Positions 10,230 to 19,539 of a stretch of DNA of 64,000 nucleotides are shown here, piece by piece (the stretch's first letter is position 1; every line of letters starts with the position of its first letter). This DNA comes from Escherichia phage vB_EcoS_HZ_ZJUN2, in sequence record PP216084; one strand, 5' to 3'. Below the pieces are notes generated by a model. It worked only from the letters and a program-made list of their open reading frames with translations. It had not been told where the DNA came from and did not search any database. Position numbers and translations under genes: made by a program.

Positions 10230-10876
10230 TTTATTGCTCCCTGACTTAGGAGATATTCCTCTGCCTCCTCTGGTTGAATACTGAAAAACTCAGTAGAACC
10301 GTCAAATATTGACTCTGTAAATATCTGCATACTAGAAAAGAATTGATGGGCTTTATTTTCTAGGGTATATGCAGAGCCTTCATAAGAGTATACCCCATAT
10401 ATACTCAGATCCACCAAATTAGAATCTTTTTTAATCTCTTGAAGTCTTCTATCTGGGTTTTTAGATGTTCCTATTTTTGTTCCTAGCTGCGGGCTATAAA
10501 ATAGATACAAATAGCTTGTAGCCGCACAGATAGGGCAAGATCTTCTAGCATTTTTAATCTTATCCACGCTGCTAACCCATCTATGTCCTTCTACACACTC
10601 GAACTCTGCTTGACTACGGGAATTAATATAGGGAGATATAAGTTTTATACCCCTACTGGCTAGCTGTTGGTTTATTTGCTCTACAGTAAGCTTAGCTTTA
10701 TTACTACAATGTGGGCAACCACTACCCTTTCTTATATTATTTAGGTAAGCTTTCCATTGGTGGCCCTTTAAGCATTTAAACATGGCTGGTGTTCTTATGT
10801 TAACCCATTCACTTACTATACTAAAGCCTCGTGACTCTAATTCTTTATTTATTTGTTTTGCTGTTAACTTTTTCAC
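10211..10876 (-). CDS. zinc-finger protein with C-terminal T5orf172-type (GIY-YIG-like) domain
   Basis: Repeated CxxC zinc-finger modules (GCPHCSNK, CPICA) followed by LYLFYSPQLGTKIGTSKNPDRRLQEIKK; paralog of ORF 21353-22258. Confidence 0.6.
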   Translation of the reverse strand: MKKLTAKQINKELESRGFSIVSEWVNIRTPAMFKCLKGHQWKAYLNNIRKGSGCPHCSNKAKLTVEQINQQLASRGIKLISPYINSRSQAEFECVEGHRWVSSVDKIKNARRSCPICAATSYLYLFYSPQLGTKIGTSKNPDRRLQEIKKDSNLVDLSIYGVYSYEGSAYTLENKAHQFFSSMQIFTESIFDGSTEFFSIQPEEAEEYLLSQGAIKCQEIM

Positions 10877-10881
10877 TATAC

Positions 10882-10912
10882 TTTATATACAACAAAGGAG
10901 AGCCGAAGCTCT
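10882..10912 (-). terminator. putative bidirectional hairpin terminator
   Basis: AAGGAGAGCCGAAGCTCTCCTT perfect hairpin flanked by T-runs. Confidence 0.4.
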
Positions 10913-10923
10913 CCTTTTCTTTA

Positions 10924-11214
10924 CTATTTTTTACCTACTGGCGTAGCTCTATCAAGTTCACTAGACAATGAAGTGATACGTTTTACCTTATTTACCGGGA
11001 TGAATCGGAAGCTATCATTAGTACGGCTAAATACTAGAATCTCGTCGTCTTTTGGTTGGCGAATACGCTCCTGGGCGAATCGTTTACTGAGATACTTATC
11101 AGAAAAGTCCATAGTACCTTGAAGATACGTAGTACCTTTTTGACGTAATTTCTCATAATGAAGGTAGAACTCGTTATGAGCTTCACATGCGGAGATGATT
11201 TCTTGTTTATTCAT
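10924..11214 (-). CDS. hypothetical protein (96 aa)
   Basis: ORF track. Confidence 0.5.
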   Translation of the reverse strand: MNKQEIISACEAHNEFYLHYEKLRQKGTTYLQGTMDFSDKYLSKRFAQERIRQPKDDEILVFSRTNDSFRFIPVNKVKRITSLSSELDRATPVGKK

Positions 11215-11229
11215 GCAAAAATCCCCTTA

Positions 11230-11640
11230 TTACTTAGTGATAGCTCGGATTGCTTCTGCCAGATGAGCAGCCGCTTTACCGGTCAGTTTGTCGATAATTG
11301 CATCATCCAGAAAATCTGGTGCTAGGCCAGCATCAGAGAATGCTGAACGCAGGTCGGCATGAGCTTGGGCTTTGGAAGTACGAGAACCGCCAGAAGCTTT
11401 TTCTCCAGTAGATGCGCTAGATTTAGAAGCAGAGCCAGCAGCTTTCTTGATATACAAACCTGCTTTAGTCAGCTTCATACGAAAACCGTTCGGAGTTACA
11501 CCATTTTCCTGGGCAATTTCGCTAACAATTTCCATGCTAACACCCGGACGTTCATCCTCTGGGAATTGCTCCATACGAGCAACGTATTCGGAAGACATTT
11601 TTTCGAACAGTTCATCAGTCCACTGAGTTGGAGTAGTCAT
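11230..11640 (-). CDS. hypothetical protein (136 aa), Ser/Ala-rich, weak repeat similarity to ORF 6673-7440
   Basis: ORF track; own promoter at 11698-11726. Confidence 0.5.
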   Translation of the reverse strand: MTTPTQWTDELFEKMSSEYVARMEQFPEDERPGVSMEIVSEIAQENGVTPNGFRMKLTKAGLYIKKAAGSASKSSASTGEKASGGSRTSKAQAHADLRSAFSDAGLAPDFLDDAIIDKLTGKAAAHLAEAIRAITK

Positions 11641-11697
11641 ATTTTATATTTCCTTAATTAAGAATTAAACAGAATAGTTCTTTCAAACTATGAGAAT

Positions 11698-11726
11698 ATT
11701 ATATCAAGAATTATAGGATTAAGCAA
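11698..11726 (-). promoter_or_regulatory. sigma70-type early promoter (minus strand)
   Basis: -35 TTGCTT / 17 bp / -10 TATAAT. Confidence 0.55.
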
Positions 11727-11743
11727 CTGAAATTTTTCTGTAG

Positions 11744-12019
11744 TTACTCCACCAGGCCAACAGCGAGCATATCATCAATGCTGGCAATCTCCCAATCGTC
11801 GGCAATAGCTTCGCATACTGTTAACGTAACAACCTCACTATAGGGATAATTACCAGCTACCCAGGTATGCTGGGTAACTACATCCAAATCAGTATCCAAA
11901 GTTAATAATACTAAACCGTTATTATCGTTATTCCAACTTTTACGATATAAGGTTTTTGTTTCACCATCTTTCAGTAAATCTGTTAGTTTACTCACGGCGT
12001 TTTCCTTTTTCTTTATCAA
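11744..12019 (-). CDS. hypothetical protein (91 aa)
   Basis: ORF track. Confidence 0.45.
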   Translation of the reverse strand: MIKKKENAVSKLTDLLKDGETKTLYRKSWNNDNNGLVLLTLDTDLDVVTQHTWVAGNYPYSEVVTLTVCEAIADDWEIASIDDMLAVGLVE

Positions 12020-12692
12020 GTTTCAGGGCAGCCTTAACAGCTTCGTTAATCAACGTAATAATTTCTTCACGAGTCCATTTATATCCCAGAGACTTTACGT
12101 CAACCCCTAACTTTTCCAGATGTTTAACAGAAGCCAGCTCGTAATTCATATAATGGACGTTCTGTTGTTTGCCCTCTGATAGAAGCCATACACGGTAGCA
12201 ACCAACAGGATTATCCATTGCTTTTTTGATTTCACCGATACACTGGTATCCAGGAACCCAAACAAGCTCACCAACTGCAAATTCTTCTGCTACAGCATCA
12301 TCAGGAATAATTGGAGGATTCAATGGATCTACAATATCGTTCAAACGAAGTAGAGCACCGTATCGTTCCAGAACAGATTTAACCATTGCTACAGAGCGAT
12401 AATTACGATCGGCAATTTCTTCAAAAGAATCACCAGACAAATACTGCTCAATAACGTTAGCTAACTCAATGCCTTCAATGAGAGTGCCGCGTTTCTTTTT
12501 CTTCATTTCGGCAACTTGAATCTGGCGGTCTTGCCATTCTTCAATCATCCTTTCCATAGTTGGGTTGGACGATACGCCGAGCATTTCACATGCTGCTTTC
12601 TTAGTACCACCGTTCTCCAGATGCTCTATAACCTTTTTAAAGACTTCATCTGGGATTTCATGGATATGTTTCTTTCTACGAGAAACAGCCAT
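11988..12692 (-). CDS. putative HTH DNA-binding protein (234 aa)
   Basis: N-terminal HTH-like segment GGTKKAACEMLGVSSNPTMERM; driven by promoter at 12724-12752. Confidence 0.55.
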   Translation of the reverse strand: MAVSRRKKHIHEIPDEVFKKVIEHLENGGTKKAACEMLGVSSNPTMERMIEEWQDRQIQVAEMKKKKRGTLIEGIELANVIEQYLSGDSFEEIADRNYRSVAMVKSVLERYGALLRLNDIVDPLNPPIIPDDAVAEEFAVGELVWVPGYQCIGEIKKAMDNPVGCYRVWLLSEGKQQNVHYMNYELASVKHLEKLGVDVKSLGYKWTREEIITLINEAVKAALKLDKEKGKRRE

Positions 12693-12723
12693 ATTTAAAC
12701 TCCTCTCTCAAATTTATGAATCT

Positions 12724-12752
12724 ATTATACAGAAATTTTTTGCACTATGCAA
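12724..12752 (-). promoter_or_regulatory. strong sigma70-type early promoter resembling T5 PN25 (minus strand)
   Basis: Minus-strand reading TTGCAT-17bp-TATAAT followed by AGATTCATAAATTTGAGAGAGGAG and the ATG; close to the classic T5 PN25 sequence from memory. Confidence 0.7.
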
Positions 12753-12760
12753 ATAAATTT

Positions 12761-13003
12761 TTACGATTCCTTGAGCAAAGAAGCAAGTTCAGCATAGACT
12801 TTATCTAACTCAAAGCCGATGCGAAGAGACACGTTTGTTTTCCGTTGTTTAAGTAACCACTCGGATATGTTAGGGATGCCAGCTAGTCTAGCAGGAACCA
12901 CCCTACATAGCTTTTCCGAAGTATCATAAACAGGAACTTTACGTTCTTTTACTGGAAACTTCCTTGTTTCCCATTTTTTATTATTCACTGTCATTTCTAG
13001 CAC
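12761..13003 (-). CDS. hypothetical protein (80 aa)
   Basis: ORF track; overlaps 3' end of the large ATPase gene. Confidence 0.45.
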   Translation of the reverse strand: MLEMTVNNKKWETRKFPVKERKVPVYDTSEKLCRVVPARLAGIPNISEWLLKQRKTNVSLRIGFELDKVYAELASLLKES

Positions 13004-15767
13004 CTAGCTCTGACATTGCTTCTTCTGCCATAGCCTTCTCTTCCTCTGTCATGAATTTGAAAGGAATTGGCATACACTCGATTTTACAATAGGTTCTGTA
13101 CCAGTCTACGATATTCTCCGTGTTCATATCTTTACCAATACCCATCATACCAAGATACATTCTAGCATATTTTGGGTTAGCACTCTGGCCTGTTTTAAGG
13201 AAGAAATCCTTTTTCTTACCTTTTAGAGCTTCTATGAATGGTTTAATGGTTACATTTGAACACTTCTTAATGTCTTCCCAGAACATCTCGTGCATCTTAT
13301 GAAAGAATGCAGCTCGATCATTTGGTTTATCTTTGATATATTGTTCAACATGCTCAACTGTTACATCTTTAATAGACTCAAGATGATAATAGCGAACAAT
13401 AAGTAGTTTAGCTTCATACGCATCAGCATGACGTGGAGCACAATAATCCGGAGTTGAATGTAGAATAGCTTTGATTCGCTCTTCCGTATACTCTTTTCCT
13501 GCACCTTCGATAGTTCCCCAGCTTTCACTGAAAATATCAATAGTTGCACCCTGATCAAGCAAGTAATAGCGTAGAGTACTAGTATAGTTTCTAGATTCCA
13601 GCTCCCTGCGACGTGCATATAGTTGCTGTGCTAACTCCAGCCAACCCTCATCAATGTTATATTGCTCAGAACCTGCGGAGAATCCACTCGTAGATTTATC
13701 AATAAAATAATAAATGTTCTGAGCGCCACGGTCGCGCCTGATTGCTTGGAAACGCATGTTTGGCGCTTGGTTTGAGGTTCTAGTGATAACGAATACGTTA
13801 TCAAAATAGTTGAAGTCAACACCACTAGTTACGGATGGACTACATAATAAGCAATCAATTTGTTGGTCAATTAGCTCATTAGTTGTGTAATCCAGGATAC
13901 GTCGAATATCTACATCAGACGTAGAGTTTGAATGGATTTCCTTAACTAACGCACCCGTATTACGACGCAATGCCATGCCCTTCTCATTCAGTTCATCAGG
14001 GCCACAATCAGATACCAGAATAGATTTCTCCCCCATCTCTAGAGAAGTCTGAAGTGCAACCCAAATACTGGATTCGTCAGGGAATTCATAAGCATGAGCT
14101 TTTGATAGCATCTTACGGTGATGATTATAAAATGCTACTGGTTTATCAAAATCAATTAGAGAACCATATGCTTCAATAGTTTCGGCACTAATATCACCAT
14201 CTGATAGAATCACAGTTTTAGCTGTCATGAGGATGTCACGTAGAACTTGAATACATTCGCGACGTTGTTTAACAACTGGGGCGAATAATAGATCATTCAT
14301 TACAGCGTCACATTCATCAATAAAGATGGTGTCTATTTGACCAATAAAACTTTTGAACTTATGCAAAGAGTGAATAGTTGTGGACATACGATCAATAGCC
14401 CCACGTTTAAAGTTGAGCATATCTACAGACTTATCATATTGTCCTGCGCTAAATTTCTTAGCGTTTGAAGATACCAGCGCTCTAGTATTTGTAACTGCTA
14501 AAAAGTTGCCAGGAAGAACACCTGCGTCCAGCCATTTAGTTACTGCCGTAGTTTTACCAGTACCAAGACTTGCCTTAACAAAGGTTATGTGGCCTTTTGG
14601 AGGCACAATGTTAATCTTCAGGTATGGAACTTCTGGTGGAGAATCCACTTCTAATTTCTTGAGTGGAACACCCTTCAGATTTAATGGAATCTCACGTTTA
14701 GAATTATTAACAAACGCTTTGAGAGCCTGCTTACGACCGTTATTAAAGTAATCTTGAATATTACGACTGTTATCTTTAGTTGCAATATATTCAGATAAAG
14801 CGGGTTTAATCTCACGTTCTAGCCATGCGAAATCAACACCATCCTCTAATGCTCTATGGTATAGTTTAGGGATAATACGCAAGTACACCCCATCCTCAGC
14901 TTCTTCCAATTCGCTGATAGTTTCTTCTACTTTATCAGACGCGATCTTTTTGCCTTTAATTTGGTCAAGTAAGGAATAGAATTCCTCTTTGAACTCCCCT
15001 CTAGTTGTTTCATAGTCAACCAGATTATTAGGCAAATTTACCTTCGAACCTTTAACATACACCAGACGTGGCTTACTCTCCGCTTTAAACGGATCAACAA
15101 TACCATCACTAAATAAAGGATCGGCAAAATAATGGAGCTGGACAGATGAATAATAAGCTAAGTCGGCAATGTCAAAACCGAATTTTTGCTTACTACTATC
15201 ATTGATAGACGTAAATAAGAACTTTAACTGACCTTGAGTTACCTTGACGTTAGATTCTAGCATTAAGTGCATTCGGATACCTGGTTTTAGGCCAGCCGAA
15301 GACGATGCATGAGCAATAAATCCTGCATCAAGAGGAAACATGTCCTCACTAATACTATTCAACATCTTAATAATGTGGCGGGCCATACCTACAAGATTAA
15401 ACTTGTCGTATCCACCGGTATCTAGGATACCATCCACGTCCATAGCAATAATATTGCTATGGTTGGATACATTAAAGTTACCTTTCTTACGCCGCACGTT
15501 ATTTTTAGGTGCAAGACATCGACCTCGTACCGCAACGATATGAGGGTCTGACGTTAAACGTCTCATAAGAGGTAACATTTCGGCAAGGCTTTGCGGGTCA
15601 TGCTCTTCTATTACATCAAATTTGAATGGCATAGAGGCTGGTTTACCTTCTGGATGCTCTTTCGAGAATCGCTTGGCAAAGGTATAATCTTCCGCTTTGA
15701 TTTCTCGCCAAATACCTGTTGCTAAATCGCGAGAAAATCCGGCGTGACCTTGAAGAATAGAAAACAC
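12981..15767 (-). CDS. large SF2-type ATPase/helicase (928 aa), possibly replication-origin-binding/primase-helicase-like
   Basis: Walker A KASLGTGKTTAV and Walker B-like IFIDECDAV in the central region. Confidence 0.65.
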   Translation of the reverse strand: MFSILQGHAGFSRDLATGIWREIKAEDYTFAKRFSKEHPEGKPASMPFKFDVIEEHDPQSLAEMLPLMRRLTSDPHIVAVRGRCLAPKNNVRRKKGNFNVSNHSNIIAMDVDGILDTGGYDKFNLVGMARHIIKMLNSISEDMFPLDAGFIAHASSSAGLKPGIRMHLMLESNVKVTQGQLKFLFTSINDSSKQKFGFDIADLAYYSSVQLHYFADPLFSDGIVDPFKAESKPRLVYVKGSKVNLPNNLVDYETTRGEFKEEFYSLLDQIKGKKIASDKVEETISELEEAEDGVYLRIIPKLYHRALEDGVDFAWLEREIKPALSEYIATKDNSRNIQDYFNNGRKQALKAFVNNSKREIPLNLKGVPLKKLEVDSPPEVPYLKINIVPPKGHITFVKASLGTGKTTAVTKWLDAGVLPGNFLAVTNTRALVSSNAKKFSAGQYDKSVDMLNFKRGAIDRMSTTIHSLHKFKSFIGQIDTIFIDECDAVMNDLLFAPVVKQRRECIQVLRDILMTAKTVILSDGDISAETIEAYGSLIDFDKPVAFYNHHRKMLSKAHAYEFPDESSIWVALQTSLEMGEKSILVSDCGPDELNEKGMALRRNTGALVKEIHSNSTSDVDIRRILDYTTNELIDQQIDCLLCSPSVTSGVDFNYFDNVFVITRTSNQAPNMRFQAIRRDRGAQNIYYFIDKSTSGFSAGSEQYNIDEGWLELAQQLYARRRELESRNYTSTLRYYLLDQGATIDIFSESWGTIEGAGKEYTEERIKAILHSTPDYCAPRHADAYEAKLLIVRYYHLESIKDVTVEHVEQYIKDKPNDRAAFFHKMHEMFWEDIKKCSNVTIKPFIEALKGKKKDFFLKTGQSANPKYARMYLGMMGIGKDMNTENIVDWYRTYCKIECMPIPFKFMTEEEKAMAEEAMSELGARNDSE

Positions 15768-16265
15768 AACAATACTCCTGTGTTGGTTAATCGAAAATCT
15801 TTTCTTTAGGACTATTCAGAAAGAATAGAACAACTATTACTACTATTTACGTAAACATCAATTATCATCAAGCAATATGAATAAGTTATCATATCTCAGT
15901 GCTGTGCTCTCTTCGCTCATATACAGAATAGAACCTAGGTCATTGGCCGCTAAGCCGATTCTATTTGTCCTCACTATCCTATTGGTAGGTGACTACTGTA
16001 CGTGCCGCCATTCGCTGCTCTTTTCGTTCGCACCCCCATATAAAGCTCTGCCTATATAACGAGCTAAATATGCACGGTTTGGATTTACCTTTCCGAATTC
16101 AGGGTACACAGATCACTTAATTGAAGATTAACTAATGCAATATAAACACTAGTAATAGTTAAAACAACCCTTAATGGGGCAGCCTAACTGTTCCGTATCG
16201 CGGATTGTAAACAAGAAAAATTAGCAAAATCAATTTTTACTAATGTCTCTCAATTCAATATAAAT

Positions 16266-16294
16266 ATTATATCAAGATTTTGGGCATCATGCAA
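16266..16294 (-). promoter_or_regulatory. sigma70-type early promoter (minus strand) with no downstream ORF
   Basis: -35 TTGCAT / 17 bp / -10 TATAAT plus ATTTATATTGAATTGAGAGAC leader; downstream 450 bp has no ORF of 60 aa or more. Confidence 0.5.
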
Positions 16295-16385
16295 GTAAAT
16301 TTTTCCCAAAGGTGCTATCAGTGTCTTTGAGCATAGAGAAAACCGAGCCAAAATGACTCGGTAATCAGAGTTCAGCTAATAAAAA

Positions 16386-16778
16386 TCATTTGTCATTTAG
16401 GCCTGGAACATAGATCCCAACACGGTTTAATTGTTCTTTAGCTTCTTTGAGAATATCTGGAGTGTATTCCCAAATATCATCTTCCACCTGTAAAAGATGG
16501 GGCGAACAACCGTCATCCGGCACACGACATATGGCCAAACCACGTGGATGGAATATAGAGAAGTTTAGGGCAACAATCAAGCCCATAGCAGACAATTCAT
16601 TCCAATCCAATTCCCATTCCCCGGCGTATCCAGACAGGAAAACACCAACACAGGGATCATCTGTTTGCTGCTCAGGAAAAGTGAAGGAGGCTTGTCTTAC
16701 CCCCAACCAACGTTGTAGCAGCTTTTCCGCACGCTTCACCAAACTAGGGTCAATCTGACGCCAAAATACTTGTTCCAT
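16386..16778 (-). CDS. hypothetical protein, tandem paralog A (130 aa)
   Basis: ORF track; clear similarity to adjacent ORF 16788-17216 (e.g. shared WxELDxMGL / FALN / GxxxPGL segments). Confidence 0.6.
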   Translation of the reverse strand: MEQVFWRQIDPSLVKRAEKLLQRWLGVRQASFTFPEQQTDDPCVGVFLSGYAGEWELDWNELSAMGLIVALNFSIFHPRGLAICRVPDDGCSPHLLQVEDDIWEYTPDILKEAKEQLNRVGIYVPGLNDK

Positions 16779-16787
16779 TCTGCCTCC

Positions 16788-17216
16788 TTAAGCAGTTAAA
16801 CCTGGGATCATATACCCGAAACGTCGAAGTTTCTGAATCCCCTCATTTACTTCTTCCGGTGAGTAAGACCAACCATAACGTTCATTAACTTGAAAACCAG
16901 GAGATTCACTAGTTTTATAGTTAACAACGAGGCGATGCTTAGCAGGCATAAACAGCTTATAGTTTAACGCAAAAACTAAGCCCATTTCATCTAACTCTTT
17001 CCAGCCGACAATCTCTTCAAGACCATCCTCTACCTGAACAATTAAACCAATACAGGGAGCCTCATCAATATCATCTTTAAAGGCAAAGGAGATTTCGTTA
17101 TTCTCACACCATATTTTCAAAGAGTTAATAGCCTCATTATACAGGCTAGCCGGGAGAGTACGCCAAAAGTTAACCAAAATTGGGTTAGCTTCTTTAGAGA
17201 ATACATTATTGAACAT
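16788..17216 (-). CDS. hypothetical protein, tandem paralog B (142 aa)
   Basis: ORF track; paralog of 16386-16778. Confidence 0.6.
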   Translation of the reverse strand: MFNNVFSKEANPILVNFWRTLPASLYNEAINSLKIWCENNEISFAFKDDIDEAPCIGLIVQVEDGLEEIVGWKELDEMGLVFALNYKLFMPAKHRLVVNYKTSESPGFQVNERYGWSYSPEEVNEGIQKLRRFGYMIPGLTA

Positions 17217-17218
17217 AT

Positions 17219-17725
17219 TTACACCTTAAATTGCTGTAAGGATTTACACATTTCAAGATCTGGGCTAAATTCTAGCATATAGCTAACAGCTTTTAAATCT
17301 TGAAGATTTATCCCAGTCCTACCGTTGACTATAACCGTTGGATACTGATACATCATAGCACCCGCATCATCAAGCACACACCAATGTTTGAGCTTATGCT
17401 TTTCAACGAAGCGAAGAACAGAATTACCCCTAGATAATCCACCCCCAGTAAAATCCGTTGTACCAAGAAAACGATCGATAAGACCTAATCCGGTCATAAT
17501 CCGAACGTTCTCCATCTCATTTCTAACAGAGAACCAAGATGATACTCCAACAATCATTATCGGAGAAAGACGAATAAAGTCCTGAAAAGCCTTGAGAAGC
17601 GGTTTGAAAACCCAGTCACTTCCAAAGAAAATCTTTTCATCATCAGGTGCATGATGGTGGGAGATGCTCGAATTGAGCACTCCATCAATGTCCAGAAAAA
17701 TAATTGGAGTATTACTTATTTCCAT
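17219..17725 (-). CDS. HAD-superfamily hydrolase (putative phosphatase/nucleotidase)
   Basis: N-terminal HAD motif I IIFLDIDGVLN. Confidence 0.6.
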   Translation of the reverse strand: MEISNTPIIFLDIDGVLNSSISHHHAPDDEKIFFGSDWVFKPLLKAFQDFIRLSPIMIVGVSSWFSVRNEMENVRIMTGLGLIDRFLGTTDFTGGGLSRGNSVLRFVEKHKLKHWCVLDDAGAMMYQYPTVIVNGRTGINLQDLKAVSYMLEFSPDLEMCKSLQQFKV

Positions 17726-17894
17726 TTTTGTTCCTTTCTAAGAACGTATCATACTCAACCGTATCAACATATATAACACCATAGTCATCGGATTTATAGT
17801 CCATTTCCCACAGCTCACAGCGATAGCACCAACTACCATCCGCCCATACAAATATATCATCGGGATGTGTATAAACAGATTTAACTATGGACAT
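17712..17894 (-). CDS. small hypothetical protein (60 aa), paralog pair member
   Basis: ORF track; DIFVWADGSWCYRCEL resembles DIFITESGTWCYRFAY in the neighbour. Confidence 0.45.
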   Translation of the reverse strand: MSIVKSVYTHPDDIFVWADGSWCYRCELWEMDYKSDDYGVIYVDTVEYDTFLERNKNGNK

Positions 17895-18070
17895 ATCTGT
17901 TTCTCCTCATCTCCAGAGGATAACCATATATTATCCGTAGTATAGATAATTTTATATGTGTTGCCTAATCTTTCTTTTACATTAGGAAATCTATAGGCAA
18001 ACCTATAACACCAAGTGCCAGACTCAGTTATAAAAATATCCCATTCATTATTTCTTGCTTCTCGACACAT
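17885..18070 (-). CDS. small hypothetical protein (61 aa), paralog pair member
   Basis: ORF track; paralog of 17712-17894. Confidence 0.45.
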   Translation of the reverse strand: MCREARNNEWDIFITESGTWCYRFAYRFPNVKERLGNTYKIIYTTDNIWLSSGDEEKQICP

Positions 18071-18866
18071 AAGGTCTACCCTCTAAATGAGCTTCTACAC
18101 GAGCAATAAAATCAGGGTCACTGAAAGCATCCACCGCACCTTTACTCCAGTAAGGGACACCACGTTCTTCTAGCTGGTACATCTCACTACGAGTCATACC
18201 TTGATAGCCCGGTTCCGCCGCTAGGGCACTATCGTAGTAGTTAACAACCATAAGTTTCGCAGCAGTCAAATTAAGAACAGGAAATAATTCCCAGTAGAAG
18301 TTAATTACTTGGTTAGAGCAACCAACCACAATGATCATATCTTGACTGGTAATACCATCAAAAACATTATACATTTCTGTGTATGCAGGAGCATGCTCCC
18401 CAAAGAATATTACATTAGGTTTAACCCATTTATAATCATCTGGATCAATAGACTTGTACCCTACATCAATAATCCGTTTATTGCTACTATTATAGCTATC
18501 AGCTACAACAACCTCTTTTAAATATCCATGAATGTGTAGAATATCACTATGTGGAACGCCAGCACGCTCAATAAGGTCATCAACGTTGGTAGTCAAGTTT
18601 ACTACTTGACCTGGATATTGTTTATACCATTCACCAATACGCAAATGCGCAAGATTGGGTTCAACAGTTTTTAGCTCTTCACGACGCTTGTTGTAAAACA
18701 TATGGGTTTTATGATAAAAATTACCACGAAAGGCGTGAATATTACATACTTCTTCTAGATCATAATCATCCCACAGTGCTTTACCACTAGCAGTATCAGT
18801 ACGAAAAGCTCGTACACCACTTTCAACACTCAAACCTGCACCGCTAATAACAATTAATCTACGCAC
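18048..18866 (-). CDS. Sir2-family (sirtuin-like) NAD-binding protein
   Basis: Sirtuin signature motifs GAGLSVESGVRAFR, TTNVDDL, HIHG, KPNVIFFGE, IVVGCS; no obvious CxxC...CxxC zinc ribbon. Confidence 0.7.
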   Translation of the reverse strand: MRRLIVISGAGLSVESGVRAFRTDTASGKALWDDYDLEEVCNIHAFRGNFYHKTHMFYNKRREELKTVEPNLAHLRIGEWYKQYPGQVVNLTTNVDDLIERAGVPHSDILHIHGYLKEVVVADSYNSSNKRIIDVGYKSIDPDDYKWVKPNVIFFGEHAPAYTEMYNVFDGITSQDMIIVVGCSNQVINFYWELFPVLNLTAAKLMVVNYYDSALAAEPGYQGMTRSEMYQLEERGVPYWSKGAVDAFSDPDFIARVEAHLEGRPYVSRSKK

Positions 18867-19060
18867 TATACGATTCCTCGCTTAAGTCCTTCGATAATAT
18901 CTCGGAGTAAAATTGCTTCCTCCTGGCGTACCTTTTCTTGCTTAATAAGCATATCCAATCCAGCAATACAACTAGTTACACCAGCATTATAACCAGAGTT
19001 CCATTGCTCAATGAGCATGTTTTCTATATTACTTTTTAGATTCGGCTTCGAGAATGCCAT
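18866..19060 (-). CDS. hypothetical protein (64 aa)
   Basis: ORF track. Confidence 0.4.
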   Translation of the reverse strand: MAFSKPNLKSNIENMLIEQWNSGYNAGVTSCIAGLDMLIKQEKVRQEEAILLRDIIEGLKRGIV

Positions 19061-19232
19061 AAAGTTTCTCCTCTAGTTCCATAACACGATTTTCATAAGA
19101 GGCACGCAACTTTTCAATTGCCAGCGCACGCACTGTAACCTCATTAGAATTAATAGCTAATTGGGCCAGGTCTTCTGTTTCCATACGTCCGTTGTAAATT
19201 AAGCGATATTTAAGATGTTTTACGTTTTTCAT
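19029..19232 (-). CDS. hypothetical protein (67 aa)
   Basis: ORF track. Confidence 0.4.
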   Translation of the reverse strand: MKNVKHLKYRLIYNGRMETEDLAQLAINSNEVTVRALAIEKLRASYENRVMELEEKLYGILEAESKK

Positions 19233-19441
19233 TCTTGTTCCTCAAACATTTCAATTTCTGCATTAGCAATAGAAAGGGCGGGCTCAGATAAGCACAATCC
19301 CGCCCTAGGATCAATCTTCACTTCGTCCATCCAAGTATTTACTAAACATAATTTAGTTATGTCCTCACGGAGAATGGAACCATATGCCCCAGAATCCATA
19401 ATAAAATAGATACGTTCTTTATCTACCTTGTGAACTCTCAT
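19229..19441 (-). CDS. hypothetical protein (70 aa)
   Basis: ORF track; promoter at 19470-19498 immediately upstream. Confidence 0.45.
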   Translation of the reverse strand: MRVHKVDKERIYFIMDSGAYGSILREDITKLCLVNTWMDEVKIDPRAGLCLSEPALSIANAEIEMFEEQE

Positions 19442-19469
19442 ATCTTTCTCCCATCAAATTTATAAATCT

Positions 19470-19498
19470 ATTATATATAAATTTTTGGCTGAAAGCAA
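19470..19498 (-). promoter_or_regulatory. sigma70-type early promoter (minus strand)
   Basis: -35 TTGCTT / 17 bp / -10 TATAAT plus AGATTTATAAATTTGATGGGAG leader. Confidence 0.55.
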
Positions 19499-19539
19499 AT
19501 AAAATAAAAGCCAGGTCGACTAGCAACCCGGCTTTTATT

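Noticed and set aside
17219-17725. Assignment of the HAD hydrolase as the T5 5'-deoxyribonucleotidase (dmp)
   Set aside because: From memory, T5 dmp is a pre-early gene in the terminal repeat, not in this early block; only the generic HAD call is supported.
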